From Eledone cirrhosa (Eukaryota): a stretch of 64,000 nt of DNA. The notes under the pieces are model-generated. The model saw nothing but the letters and a program-made list of their open reading frames with translations, was not told the DNA's origin and searched no databases. This document shows positions 25,747-40,820 of the stretch, in pieces (the first letter of the stretch is position 1; every line of letters starts with the position of its first letter). The translations under genes and the position numbers were made by a program. Where the stretch lies: contig OZ024743.1 of the NCBI GenBank assembly GCA_964016885.1, positions 341,744,001 to 341,808,000 of the forward strand. The letters run 5' to 3'.

Positions 25747-26291
25747 TGGCTGCCAACTCGTTTTCGAGTACGGCCACTACTTTATATCCATGTAGGAGAA
25801 CCCCTACCGATGCGCTGAACAAGTGTGACATTTTAGTCCAGCCAGCGACTTGAAAACTCTGGTACAAACACTACACCTGTGACAATTACTGACACATAGT
25901 GCTGGGCCCATGGTACCATGTGACGACAAGTGCAGAGAGATCTCCAGATATAAAGCAATGCCTGTGCCGTGAAGCTTTTATAGTGAGCAAAGGCACTGCA
26001 CAAAGCCAGTCCCACTCTCTTAACCAAGATGATATTTACCAAAAAGAATAACAAGTCAACGTCATTGGATACCATCAGGGTTGCAGGTGTTATATCAGAG
26101 TTTTCCTTCTAGAATTCTGCCTTGACAAAGGCTAAGGGGTCATCTCTCCCGGTGATTTTGGATGGCCATTGACTCTTAAGAGCTCCTTTGCCCTTTGACA
26201 GGTTTTGTTTTTAGTCCTGCAGGATGTCCAAAGTCACCCTCCTCACCAAGAAACCTTGGTGGGGTTGCCAGTTTAGTCGCCAACGACCCGA

Positions 26292-26293
<2 letters not shown>
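25743..26293 (-). mobile_element. Non-autonomous bipartite RTE-derived element
   Basis: RTE-type 5' UTR motifs (CTGGCAACCCC, AGAAGGAAAACTCTGAT) joined to a C-terminal C2H2-like remnant (CSVCTRVFKSLAGLK). In (TA)n. Confidence 0.75.
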
Positions 26294-26376
<83 letters not shown>

Positions 26377-26454
26377 TATATTTAGAGTATAAAACTCAAA
26401 AAGTCATTTACAATTAATTAGCTCAAAGAGAGAAGCATTTCTGAGCCGTGAAAT

Positions 26455-27232
26455 ACAAGTTAATATAAATTAATATATGATAAACACATAAGTGTTTGTA
26501 TTGCAAAAGACGAAGTTAGCTAGAATGAAATAAACTAATTGAAATAAATATAGTTTGTCTGTCTCGATATAAATCAATAAAAACAAACCCATATTGGCAA
26601 AAGCCGAAACATATTTAGGCTTTGAAGTTCAAATTCATCTACGGAGCAGGTTTGGATTTTAAAATTTAAATTTGTCCAGGAATCACGGCTTTTGCCAATA
26701 TGTTTTTATTGATTTATATCGAGACAGACAAACTATATTTATTTTAATGAGTTTATTTCATTCTAGCTAACTTCGTCTTTTGCAATACAAACACTTATGT
26801 GTTTATCATATATTAATTTATATTAACTTGTGATTTCTAGCACTGTGAGTATGAGATAGCTAGTGAGCTGTGTACCCCGTACGTTTGTACTTGTGAACCA
26901 GTCTTACAACATTTTTTGGAGGTGAAATGTCCTAATTTTTCTGGATTCCTGTAGATAAGCACAGAAGATTTGAATATTTCACTTTTTATGCCATCGTTGC
27001 GAAACATATTTAGGCTTTGAAGTTCAAATTCATCTACGGAGCAGGTTTGGATTTTGAAATTTAAATTTGTCCAGGAATGACGGCTTTTGCCAATATGGGT
27101 TTGTTTGTATTGATTTATATCGAGACAGACAAACTATATTTATTTTAATGAGTTTATTTCATTCTAGCTAACTTCGTCTTTTGCAATACAAACACTTATG
27201 TGTTTATCATATATTAATTTATATTAACTTGT
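26455..27232. repeat. Non-coding 395-nt partial tandem repeat (26606-27000, 27001-27232) with an inverted 5' segment (26455-26605); PLE-type insertion architecture
   Basis: GAAACATATTTAGGCTTTGAAG at 26606 and 27001. 26455-26605 is the reverse complement of ~27081-27232. Confidence 0.75.
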
Positions 27233-28073
27233 ATATATATATATATATATATACAGAGAGAGAGATTACAGAAGTCATCGAATTTATTTTAGTGGCAACC
27301 GGCCATAGCACACTCGCTCAATGAAATAACATGTGTGCAGTTGATGAGCAGCACGCTGTATTTCAGAGCGGACTCAATTAGTGATTTTTATGGCAGTGTT
27401 CAGGTGTTAGTCACACTGATCGATCCCCTGGTCAGAATTCCGTGCGTTGTATAATTGCAACAGAGGGAACACAGGTAAAGGCGCAATAAGTGATAAATTG
27501 TGATTCTCAAACGGTCGAGGAATTACGTCAAAAATTCTAAAGAATAGAACGTGCATATCATTTATTTAAATACAGAGTTCTTCCTGGTAGAATGATAATA
27601 GATGAATCATTCACAATGCAGAAGAATTGAATTTTCCCCACTGAAATTCACATTATGTTTTCAGTAATAAATTGTAGAGAATTAATAAAATATGAATAAG
27701 CAGCAATTTCTGCTCCTCCATACATTGCCATAGTTCTTGTTATTCTCTGCTGTCCTGTCGTTTGCCTTAAGATAATCGTTCTATGCCATGCTCAAATTTG
27801 TGCGCCACTTCTTGCAGTTTGTGATGATTAGCTTGTCAATTAATTGCTGATTACACCGTGTAATATATCTTTTATTCCCCGGTTCTAAGTGTCATTTCCT
27901 GGTTTGTTATATCCCATTTTTATAAATTAAAAAACACTATTATTTAATCAGAAGTTTGGGTTTGTGGTCAGGGGTTTGATATTTCAAAATGTTCATATTT
28001 TTCAAGAAAAAAAACATTTTTTTTTAATTTATCAGTTCATATAATTAAATCAACAGAGTATATATTTATTTTA

Positions 28074-29225
28074 TTACACAAACTTATCAAATGCAAACAA
28101 GTAAAAACAAATAACACTTACAAAGCAACTTATACACGTCAGAAATGACTGGATTTCCTGGATTTGCGGTTGTAGTCCAGGTCGCATTCCCGCACTAGCC
28201 CCCAGATATAGTCCCCCATCATTTTTTCGTTGCAGTGGCCCTGGTACCTTCGCTCCATTTCTCACATCTTGGTGGAATCGTTTGCCTTGTTCTTTTGAGT
28301 AGGCGCCCATATTGTCCTTGAACTTTTCCAGGTGATCGTCCAGCATATGGAGTTTAAGCGACATCCTGCATCCCATGGCGCCAAAAGCCTTTATCAGATC
28401 CTGCACCAGTTGCTGGTAGTTTTCAGCTCTGTAGTTTCCCAGGAAGCCCTTAACAACTGCCTTGAAACAGTTCCATGCTGTTCTATCAATCCTATTGAGC
28501 TTATTGGAGAACTCCGTAGACTCAAACACCTTCTTTATCTGAGGTCCAACAAAAATTCCACCTTTGATTTTGGCCTCAGATAACTTGAGGAATAACTCAA
28601 GAAGGTGCTTAAAAGCGGCTGGTTCTTGGTTGAGAGCCTTCACAAACTGCTTCATCAACCCCAACTTAATGTGCAGTGGCGGCATGAGCACAATCATGGG
28701 ATCAACCAGTGGCTCCCGCATGACATTCCGGGTCCCAACTACAAATTCTGTTCGCTGCTCCCAGTTCTTCCTTTTGTAGTGGTCAGAGGTGGCTCTGCTG
28801 TCCCAAAGGCAGAGGAAGCATTGGAATTTGATAAAGCCTCCTTGGAGTCTAAGCAGGAAAGCCACCATCTTGAAGTCTCCAATGATTTACCAATTGTACT
28901 GGTTGTATTGCAAAGCTTCCAAGAGGACTTTCACATTGTAGTAATCTTACTTCAGGCAGACTGAATGTGCTAGGGGCAGTGTCGGGAACTTGTTTCTATT
29001 GTGGAGGAGGACAGCCTTCAAACTTGTGGTAGAGCTGTCTATAAATAGCCGCCACTCCTTGGGCACAAACGGCACCCCAATAATGTCAAATAGTCCAGGC
29101 ACGTCATGGCAGAAGCAGAGGCCATCCCTAAGAGTGTAAAAGCCTGAGAAAGGTTCGTGTCGACTTCTCTGACTTGTCACCTGCACTTCCTCCTTGACCA
29201 TGTTCCACTGCTTCATGCTGGAGAC
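28074..29225 (-). pseudogene. Truncated DNA-transposon transposase, Chapaev3-like (CMC superfamily)
   Basis: EWRLFIDSSTTSLKAVLLHN, CFLCLWDSRA, PPLHIKLGLMKQFVKAL, GIFVGPQIK, MSLKLHMLDDHL, EQGKRFHQD. Family assigned from motif recall; no termini found. Confidence 0.7.
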
Positions 29226-32200
29226 GAATGCTTAAAACAAAACATACCCTTTTTTCAGGGTGCGAAAATCCAGTATCAATAAATCTCTTTAATCCACTTT
29301 TTAACAATTTTATACTTTAGGTATTATTCTTTATTTTATAATTTTAATTTAACCTGAAACATATATACAAAAAAAATTCATTTAACATAAGCAAATTAAA
29401 CTTACATACAACGTAAAATCCAGCATACAAATAATTCTAGCGAATAGCTTAGAATTTTTACAAAGCCAAACTTTTAACTGTTTAATAACACTTTTTTAAA
29501 TTTATTTTGGACCTAAACAACACAAAAAAGTGATTACAAGACAGGAACAGAGAACAAACCTTTTTTTGTTACACGGTGTTTTTTTTGTTACACGGTGTTA
29601 TTTGTTTCCGGGCTCCTTTTTTTTCAATTGGTAATAGCCTACTTTTCTCTAGATATCTATACAATTCACATTCGTGGAAGACACGGTATTTGTCGAGAGT
29701 TTGATACAGTGTTACGCTTTTCAATTTCCTTGACACATAACAATATCTTTCTCTTAGTCATCCAACTGAGGGCCAACCCTCCTTGCAAGTATGTATCCAG
29801 CTGTTGTGCTATCCTTTCAATGGGCCTTCTCAGTTTCTTTTTTCTGTATCCTTGGAAACTGTTCGGTTCTGGGCTCTTCCAATTTGGTCATTTATTTATC
29901 TGCCTTTATAATATGCTTCGTATTTATCTTATTTCCTAACCTATCTTTGATTTCGAGCAGCCACTCAGCATTATTATTATGTTCTAAAGATTAATCCTAA
30001 ATTCTCCCCCTTCTTACACAGCTCTGCTTTCTTATGCATCAGGTACATTTGGTGCAATTGTCCATTTAATTCCTCAACAGCTTTCTCTCACTTGCTTCGA
30101 ATACTTCGTTCTGCATCAAATGTTTTGTTCTATTGTGGTATCTTTCCAATTTTGCATTGATCGCTGTTGCTCTGCTTTAATTCTTCCAATACCACATCAT
30201 ATCCTCTGTCCTTTATTATGTATGTTCTTTCCAGACTTACTTTTGTGGTTTCATTCCACAATACACTTTTTTTCAATTATCAACTTATCCCAAATCCCTT
30301 TTCAGTTTTTCTCTCAGTTTTGTCTACGCCAATAGAGTTCTTCTCATGTTTTGTTTTCATATCCCTCCGCGACACCCTTTCCTACAATCCTGATACTCTT
30401 GTTGACGTCAGTTATATTTCCTGTCTGAAATAGTCCAGTATAGAACAGTATGTGTTTGTTAACATATATACATACCTCAGATTGGGAGGTGTTTGACCTT
30501 GGTTGTCTCTAATATATCGATACATCATCTTCAATATATCTTGATCATTATCGTATCCTTGCAATACAGCCATCACACTAATTCTGCTTCATTTGCTGAC
30601 AACACATTTACACCTTCACCTATAATATTTACTGCTACAATTCATTTCTCAACCGCAATAGGCACGATCTCTGCTGGTGAAATACATTCATTGTTTTCTA
30701 CTTTGCTTTTTTCTTTCTCCCATTTCTTGTCTGATTGGCTTGCCATTGTCCACTTATCTGAAAGTGTCCTATTTAATCCCATTCTGATTTCAAGCGCTTT
30801 CGGAATACACTTCTACTGGTTTCACTGCTGATTCAGAATTCAATTACAATCCTGTACCCCACTCGCCCCATCTTTTTCTCTAACTTTGATTTTGATGAAG
30901 GTGGGATTGATTCTTTGTTCAATGTTCAAATCACACTACCGATTAATTAGGCCAATGTTTTGCCACTGTACGTTTTGAGTTCAAGACTTACTGAGCTAAA
31001 CGTTGATACTCAAACGTGCGTATAGAATCTATAAAATGAATTAACAATGAATTACTGAGAAATATTCTAGATATGAAACAAATTACAATAAAATACTAGA
31101 CAAAAGCTTTTTCTGGAGTCAATACACTAGGTGCCTCTTAAATGCTGTTATGATTATTAACCTGAATTCTAGTTGTAAATGAAAATATAGCAGAAAATGA
31201 GCTAAGACATTGTCTCGGAGGTTAATAAGTACCAGAATTATATTCAATGATTTACATTTCGCTCACGTTCCAAATTACTTCTATTAATTCCCTAACGTTC
31301 ATTTTCAAAGCTCATTCTTTCTATGAGATAACAATAGGCATTAAGTTTCAATCAAATCGCTCTTTGCGCAATGGCTACAGTGAAAGTATGTAAACTATTC
31401 AAGCTCTAATATAGTCACAACTGTCTGAATATAACACAAATATATACACACATCTTTAATGATATATGATATACTCCCACTTAATTGAAATCAATAGATT
31501 GTATGAAGCAGGTGTTTAGCTAATGAGTTGTCGTATATGGAGAACAATCGTTCCATAAATTGAAGCTGACAGAGATCAAATATTGTTACCTTTCTTGTAG
31601 TATAATTAAAAAGAGAGAAATGAGTTGCACTGTGCTAGCATTTATATAATTGCCAATTCGAGCAAGTATTTTAGTTTTTGAGTAATACAATAGAATACTT
31701 CAAATATTAGCATTGGCTGTTATTGGGACTGATAATCACTGTTAAAGCCAATACAGGGAAATACACGAGTAACCATTGATCATGTCATGTATGTCATAAA
31801 CCGAGCAACTATTTATTGGAAGTAAACTGGTAGAATCGTTAGCGCTTCTGACAAAATTTATTGTAGTATTTATTTAGTGCCTTTTGCATCTTGCTATCAT
31901 GTTCAACCAAAGCGTACTTTCCTTTTCAACTGCCACCCAGGTTTGATAATGTAATGTATCAGTCGAGTACTGTGTTTCATTTAATTAAGCAATACTGGTG
32001 TCTCCCATGTTTATTCAACCACCTAATTGCTGTTGGAAATTTGCCTTTGTGACCCTCGCACATTAAGAGTAAATGAAGGTATAAACTGTGTTTATCAATG
32101 TATTCATGTGTGATTTAGTGATCAAGTATTTTATTATTTTACTAGACGTAGAAAATGAAAAATGCTACCCACAGGATACGTAAGACATCCTTCATTGTAA

Positions 32201-34480
32201 CCGACGCAAATCGACAAAGTAAAATAACTATCATTCAGGATTTGACAACTATAGTTTAAATGGGTGACCACTACCTCAACAGTAGCTATCTTTGATAAAT
32301 GTAACTAACGCAATTGTGGTACTCCCGCATTTGATTGACAGCTGTATGAATGTAATTTTGTCAACATTAAAAAATGTCACTTGAACACATTTATATTTCT
32401 TTATATATAACAGAAAATCTTATTATCCACGTTAGAGCTGTCGGATATCCGCCTGGTCGTATTTTAAAAGTTCGTAAAGAAATGTCCATATTGTTTAAAT
32501 AGTGTATATTGTATATTGTATATTGATGGAATAGAACGGACCTCAGTCGGTTCCGACCTAATGATTGCGAAGCGAACACATTCGGTAATGCTGTGCCCAC
32601 ATACTCTCTACCACATGTAAGTGTTAACACAAAACTGGAAACTTAGGACAGTCAAACTTGCATGTATTGATTATCTTATTTCTATAAATTCACCACTACT
32701 TTTGGTATTGATGAATTTATGCACAGTGAAAAGTTGTTGCAAACGGACCAAGCTGATACTTCCCAATAATATGTTCAGCATCATAACTATCTTCCCGGAC
32801 AAGTTAATGAAGACCCGTAACAGGAAGGTGATTGGCACATGTGTTAATAAAATAACTTCTACATTATAACAGCACCTGCCTGGTTACTGTCGCAATTACA
32901 TGATCCCTAACAAATTATTATTGCGAAATTTGTATTAAAATACACCCCAGTCACAACGGGATATTAATTAAACAAGGAAATGCAACCTAAATTATCGCAG
33001 TGAGGACATTTGGTGTGCTGGAACGTGTAAAATCATATTCAGTATTTAAGTGGTTCCAAATGTATAATGTAATAGTGAAAACGAGCTAAACTATGCTATA
33101 GAACCTAAATGAAGGCAATAAATACCATTATGCAGATATTTCTAGGGATCTGAAATTCAAAGTTGCACCAACGTTTTCTATTGAAAGACTTTAAAGTATT
33201 TCTTTAATATAGCATATATATATATAATGAAGATTTGAAAATGATTTCATTTGTTTTCATATACACATGCAGACTTATTGTATTTAACGAAAATTAATTA
33301 GTTCATACAAAATAAATTATACTTTATTTTAAAAATAGATGGGATTGTAGAAATAGTCATGCACATCTCAGTAGTAATTGTATTAACCTGTTTCGCTACC
33401 AGTAACTTCTTATCGTTTTATTTCCATTCGCCCTCTGCATCTCTGTATATGTTGACTTGGGGGATTTTCTTCCTCACGGTTCCCTAATGTGTTGTTCAGC
33501 TTCGTCGGACTGTCAGATTGTTTTGATAAGTGCAATGTTCACCGCAGCATTTACACATTATAATATATGTAAAATTGAAGGAGTTACACGAGGAGTTCTT
33601 GATATTTTTTTATAATGAATGTCGAAACCTATGGTACGAGCTTTTCTTTTCTTTTTTGTGTGTTTGTTTCTTGGAGATCCTGTGTGTAAATTTTCCTTTC
33701 TTCTTGTTTACTATTATTTATTAACTTCAGAGGATACTTTTTCTCGATTTTCTCAGTTCCGTTTGTCTGTAATCTGCTGTTGTTAAGTTTTAAAGTATTG
33801 TGCAGATTCATCTACATATGCCACCCCCCGGGGAGGGGGGGTCGTTTTTGAGCTCCAGGGGGCGTTTCAGAGCTAGGGGGCGTTTTGGGGGCGTTTGATG
33901 CTTTGGGCGGTGCTGGAAGCCCCTTTAGCTTTTTAGTTTGGTAAGTTTTATAAGTCATATTTGTAGGTCTCTTAGACAGCCAGTGTGAATGCATTTGAAT
34001 GAAGAAAACGAAGAAAATATATAAAAGAAACTTGTCAACGAATTCCCTAGTGAGATAAAAAAAAAACCAAAGAAATCAAAGAAAATGAACATAAGGTTGT
34101 CAACTTTGACAACAGTTACAAGAACAACTTCAACAGAAATGACAACTAAAAGAAGCAATGGTGAAATGTGTGGGTGTATACATATACATACATAAGAACA
34201 TACACACACATGCATGCGTACATACATACATACATACACATATACACACACACATATATACAAACACAGGCCTGCGTTAGTGTTTGATGAGGTTGAGAAC
34301 CTGGTCAGCTTTCAGCCAGAGGTGTGGTATTTAATCTCCCTAGGTAATAAAATCTTGAGACAGAATTTTCTCATTACCGCCTCAAAAAACATAAATATAA
34401 ATGCATGTATATATACAAATGTATAAATGCATAGCTATACACATACGTAAATGTATGTATGTATATATGTGTGTATGTAT

Positions 34481-34885
34481 GGGAGAGATGACCCCTTAGC
34501 CTTTGTCAAGGCAGAATTCTAGGAGAAGGAAAACTCTGATATAACACCTGCAACCCTGATGGTATCCAATGATGTTGACTTGTTCTTCTTTTTGGTAAAT
34601 ATCATCTTGGTTAAGAGAGTGGGACTGGCTTTGTGCAGTGCCTTTGCTCACTATAAAAGCTTCACGGCACAGGCATTGCTTTGTATCTGGAGATCTCTCT
34701 GCACTTGTCGTCACATGGTACCAAAGGCAAAGCACTATGTGTCAATAATTGTCACAAGTGTAGTGTTTGTACCAGAGTTTTCAAGTCGCTGGCTGGACTA
34801 AAAAGTCACTCGTTCAGCGCATCGGTAGGGGTTCTCCTACATGGATATAAAGTAGTGGCCGTACTCGAAAACGAGTTGGCAGCCA

Positions 34886-34888
<3 letters not shown>
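34481..34888 (+). mobile_element. Same RTE-derived element, 5'-truncated
   Basis: Near-identical to 25743-26150 (reverse complement). Encodes CSVCTRVFKSLAGLKSH. Confidence 0.8.
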
Positions 34889-35644
<756 letters not shown>

Positions 35645-35722
35645 CATATATATATAATGTATTTTTGTAGATATATATAATGTATGTATATCTGCATACA
35701 TGTATATATATATAAATCTACG

Positions 35723-35756
<34 letters not shown>

Positions 35757-36090
35757 AATCTACATGCATATACACATTTACGTATGTATATAGCTATGCA
35801 TTTACACATTTGTATATATACATGCATTTATATTTAAGTCTGTAAGTTTGTATATATATGTGTATATTTTTAATGTATATAAATTATATTATACACACAC
35901 ACACACATCACACACACACATATATATATATTTTGTTTCAGTCTGGTCTACCATGTTTGAGCCCCCTGATGGAGATAGATAGATAGAAAGATAGATAGAT
36001 AGACGTTTACCAAACACACACGCACACATACATTTCTTACTCTCTCTGCCCTCCCCCCCTCTTCTTTCTCTCTTTATTTATATATATATA

Positions 36091-38587
36091 CAGTGGGTCC
36101 TCGATATACGGTAGTTCTTTATCCGGTAAATTCACAGATACGGTTTTGGGTAATTACTACCATCAATTCTATTTACAGTAAAAAAAATTCACAGATACGG
36201 TTCTTGGTCGTGTTTTGTTTATATTGTACCGTAGCGCCACCTGTAGTAAAAAATAAATCCCACCTTGAATTCGTAGAAACTGACTGCTATTCGAATTCTA
36301 GGAAAATTGTGTTACTACTGCTATCGTACTAACTGACCTTACCGAGAAACTGGCCAATCACGAGCCAGTTCAGATATCAGTCGATAACGTCATAACTGTT
36401 CACTGATCACTTCAGTTCAGCAAACTAGCGTGTCCTCTCAGTGAGAGAATTTTTGCCGAACCGGAGTGATCAGTTAAGAGTTATGACGTCATTCAAAGTA
36501 AGAGAAAACCCGACGGCATGTTTTTGGAGCATAATTATCACGGTATATCTTCTAACCCCATATCTGATGGCCCCAAAACGTCCTGCGAATATTGCTGATG
36601 CAGATGGAAAGGCCAAAAGCACGAGGAAGAGCCTGACTTTGGAGATAAAGCTGGATATTTTGAAAAGGGAGGAACAGGGTGAAGGTCCGTCCGCCATAAG
36701 TCGTAACTTAGGCCTAGCCCAGTCTACAGTCTGGACTGTTTAAAAAAAATAGTGAGGCTGTCAATAAAGCTGAGGAGAATGCTACGAGTCTACAGAGTAG
36801 ATTGTTGACCAAACATCGTGAGCCGATTATGGATAGGATGGAAAGTTTGCTCAAAATTTGGATCGACGACCAAAAATCGTCAAAATATGACTCTGTCTTT
36901 AAATGTAATCAGTGAGAAAGCATTGTCCATTATTGACAGGCTCAAGACTGAAATGGGGGTGGAGGACTTTGTATTCAAGGCAAGCAAAGGCTGGTTTGAT
37001 AAGTTCAAACGACGTTCGAGTCTTTACAGCATAAAAGTTACAGGTGAGGTTGCCAGTTCCGACAAAGTGAGTGCTGAAAAATTCAAGGCAGAGTTAGAGA
37101 AATACATTACAGAGAAGGGGTACAGCAAAAAAAACAGGTTATTAATTATGATGAAACAGGACTTTATTGGAAAAAGATGACCAGTAATACTTATATTGAC
37201 AAGGAGGAGAAAAGTGCGAAAGGGTTCAAAGCCTCAAAGGACCGCGTTACTCTGTTACTTGGAGGGAATGCAGAAGGAGATTTAAAGCTCAAGCCATTCA
37301 TTATCTACCATTCTGAAACTCCAATAGCACTCAAGGGGTTACTTAAGCAATACCTACCAGTGATATGGAAGTCTAATAAGAAGGCATGGCTGATCATTTC
37401 AATACACCAGGATCTTTCACCTCATATATGTCACCAACCCTTAAGGAATCTGCATTAGCTAACAACATTGCCAACCGTGTTCTGCTATTAGTGGACAACG
37501 CCCCCAGCCACCAACGGGCAATAGAAGACTGGTCAGAAAATATTGAGATTTTGTTTCTCCCCCAAACACCACAGCTCTCATTCAGCCGATGGATCAAACA
37601 GTCATCAAAACATTTAAGGCATACTACAAGTGGAGAACCATGCAGCAGCTGATAAAGGGCACAGATGGGCCTGACAAGCCCACGATCAGGGAATGGTGGA
37701 AATTATACAACATCAAGCACGGCTTAGATAACATCAAGGCATCTTGGGAAGAAGTGAAGCAGTCTACCATGAACTTGGCCTGGAAGAAATTATGGCCAGC
37801 ATGTGTGAATCACTTCCAAGGCTTTGCTGAGGACATTGGTGCGATAAAAAAGATATTGTAAATCTCTGCCATAGAGCTGGCTTCGATGGTGTTAATGATG
37901 ATGATGTGCAAAACCTTTTGGAAGGCCACGCTGAAACACTCTCCAATGATGAACTCATAGAACTAGACAAGGCGATATAGGAGACAGAAAACGAAGAAGA
38001 GGAGGAAGAATAACCTGTGCGTGGCTTGGACATAAAAACTCTAAGAGAATGTCTCGGGAGTATCGAAACAATCTTAGAAACCCTGAAGGAGCGTGACCCT
38101 AACCCTGCTGGGAGCAGCAAAGTGGCTCAAGACGTCGAAAAAGCGTCAAGATTTACCAAGAAATGAATGAAGCCAAAAGAAACACCGCCAAACAGTCCTC
38201 CATCTACTCTTTCTTCAAGTCAGTCACACCTGCCAACTGTGCTACAGCTGGCCCTTCAACATCCACTGCAGTTAACAATTTTGTTGGTTTTGAGCCTCCA
38301 ACATCACCCTCCCCTGCCAACTCAGGCCAAGATGAGTAAGGGCTGAATCCCCTACTGTCCCTTAGCCTCGGGAGGGACAAATGAAGGGGCACATCATCTG
38401 ATGGACTACGCGGCATGTGTAAGGTACAGTAAAAAAAAAAAGCAACATTATTTCTTTTCTGTAGGGATGACTTTTTCGATATGCTGGAACGCCTCCCTAT
38501 CTATTTCATGTTATAATGGGTTCTTTATACGGTAATTCATATATATAATTCAGGAACGCATATATACCGTATATCGAGGACTCACTG
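36091..38587 (+). mobile_element. Full-length pogo/Tigger DNA transposon
   Basis: 23-bp TIRs CAGTG(G/A)GTCCTCGATATACGGTA with 1 mismatch. TA target site within (TA)n. Confidence 0.95.
36567..38339 (+). pseudogene. Tigger-type transposase (CENP-B-like HTH plus DDD domain), frameshifted
   Basis: MAPKRPA..RKSLTLEIKLDIL, FKASKGWFDKFKRR, YDETGLYWKK, GFKASKDRVTLLLGGNAEG, LLVDNAPSH, QPMDQTVIKTFKAYY. Confidence 0.92.
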
Positions 38588-38780
38588 TATATATATATCA
38601 TATTATAAAGCTGAGTGTCGTGTGTATGTATTATGTATGTATCCTACACACCTCCCTATAGTTTCTTAGCTTTACTCTCTCCGTCGCTCTTCCCTCTCTC
38701 TATAATAGATCATTCCCCCTCTCTATAATTTAACTGCTTTACTCTCTCTCTTCACTCTCAAATATTATAAAGCTGAACGT

Positions 38781-38822
<42 letters not shown>

Positions 38823-39204
38823 TCTCTATAATTGAACTCCTTTACTCTCTGTCTCTTCACTCTCTATATGTCAACACTCTTTTACTTTCCGTAGAGATGA
38901 GAGTCGTATGTAATTTGGTCAACACGTATGTATGCTACACTCCTCACTATAGTTTCTTATCTTTACTCTCTCCGTCGCTCTTCACTCTCTCTATAATAGA
39001 TCATTCCCCCTCTCTATAATGTAACTGCTTTACTCTCTCTGTCGCTCTTCACCCTCTAATATTATAAAGCCGAGCGTCGTCTCTCTCTCTCTCGCTCTTT
39101 CACCCGCTCTATAATTTAACTGCTTTACTCTCTGTCACTCTTCACTCTCTATATGACAACACTCTTTTACTTTCCGTATCTACCCTCAATATACCAATAT
39201 ATAC

Positions 39205-39491
39205 CCAGGTTCTGCTGCACGTCGAGCTGAGGGGGCCAAACTCCTCAATACTGGTCGCTCTACGACAGGTTTGCGGTCGTACCCCCACCGGGAGTGGAGA
39301 CTTCTGGTGTCCTCAGGCCCAGGGCTACGTCGTTACTCACCACCATAGGCGCTGAGCTGCCCAGCTGCAGGTGTGAGCCCCGCGAGTTGGAGTGGATTTT
39401 CCAGCGCGTCTCCCTTACCGTCCTCCGGGAAAACGCCTTCTCCATTCTGTCCGCCGGGGCTGTGGATGGGCCCCATTGCGTACCATTGTAG
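39205..39491 (+). pseudogene. C-terminal restriction-like endonuclease fragment of a CRE-like non-LTR retrotransposon
   Basis: GSAARRAEGAK..VETSGVLRPRATSLLTTIGAEL..EPRELEWIFQRVSLTVLRENAFSIL resembles the CRE end motif (VETxG...QRLSxxxQRGNA). GC-rich island. Confidence 0.7.
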
Positions 39492-39886
39492 TTGTTGTAT
39501 ACAGATATTAATGAATCCTATTATTTATATCATATATCAACATAGTGATGAGCGTCGTATGTATGTTTATTTCAAAAGGATAACCTCCTTCAAATTCGGT
39601 CAACGCACAAGAAGGTAATACATACATCAAAAGGCAACCCTCTTAGAGAGACAGAGAGTGAAAGAGACAGATTAGGAAAACTACACACACACATCAAAAG
39701 AGAGAGAGAGGGGGAGAGGAGAGAGAGAGAGAGGGGGGAAGAGAAACAGAGGGACGGGCAAGAAGGTAATACATACATCTAAAATGATTTGGATACAAAT
39801 ATCATAATATAATGGTTGCAGAACGAAAGTACAGACAAATATAATAATGTATGTATCCCACACACTTTTTCTGTCTTTGCTCGCAT

Positions 39887-39964
<78 letters not shown>

Positions 39965-40080
39965 TACACATACTTTCACACCTGATTTCGCCAATTGCCG
40001 GATAACATCAAAATAAAACACACAGACACACACATGCTCATACACACATACACAAACACACATACACATACATACACACA

Positions 40081-40280
40081 NNNNNNNNNNNNNNNNNNNN
40101 NNNNNNNNNNNNNNNNNNNNNNNNNNNNNNNNNNNNNNNNNNNNNNNNNNNNNNNNNNNNNNNNNNNNNNNNNNNNNNNNNNNNNNNNNNNNNNNNNNNN
40201 NNNNNNNNNNNNNNNNNNNNNNNNNNNNNNNNNNNNNNNNNNNNNNNNNNNNNNNNNNNNNNNNNNNNNNNNNNNNNNNN
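40081..40280. other. Assembly gap (200 N) inside a (CA)n tract
   Basis: Run of N. Confidence 1.
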
Positions 40281-40319
<39 letters not shown>

Positions 40320-40769
40320 CTATACTTTATATGCATGTATGTATGTAAGATCATTCCCCCTCTCTATAATTAACGGCTTTACTCTCTCTGTCGCTTTTCA
40401 CTCTCTATATGACAACACTGTTTTAGTTTCTGTATCTCCCTTCAATAATATAAACATACAGAGAGAGGAGAGGAGAGAGAGAGAGAGAAGTAGAAGAGAG
40501 AGATGAGAGAAGAGGAGAAGAGGAAGAGAGACAGAGGGAGAGAGAGAGAAGAAATATTAGGAAAACTACACACACACATCTACAGAGAGAGACAGAAAAA
40601 ACAGAAGGTGGGGAAAAGAGAGAGAGATAGGCCGTTAGACAGAGAGAGATACAATTAAAGTGTTAGTTATTCAAAGAGAGAGAGAGTCGGAGGACAATGT
40701 GACACGGCAGGGTGTGTGATATCTTTGCAGTGGAGTGGTGGTGGCAGGTATACCGAGCCGGGCTAGCTA

Positions 40770-40817
<48 letters not shown>

Positions 40818-40820
<3 letters not shown>

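Larger units (their letters stand above)
38598..40770 (+). mobile_element. Probable non-autonomous Helitron with internal tandem repeats (spans the assembly gap)
   Basis: A|TC..ATTATAAAGCTGA 5' end and CTAG|T 3' end. Repeated ATTATAAAGCYGA and ACTCTCTATAAT modules. Only a weak subterminal hairpin. Confidence 0.55.

Noticed and set aside
29600-31050. Purine-rich minus-strand stretch resembling a decayed LINE ORF1 (similar character at 43400-44200)
   Set aside because: No diagnostic motif could be read, so it is not called.
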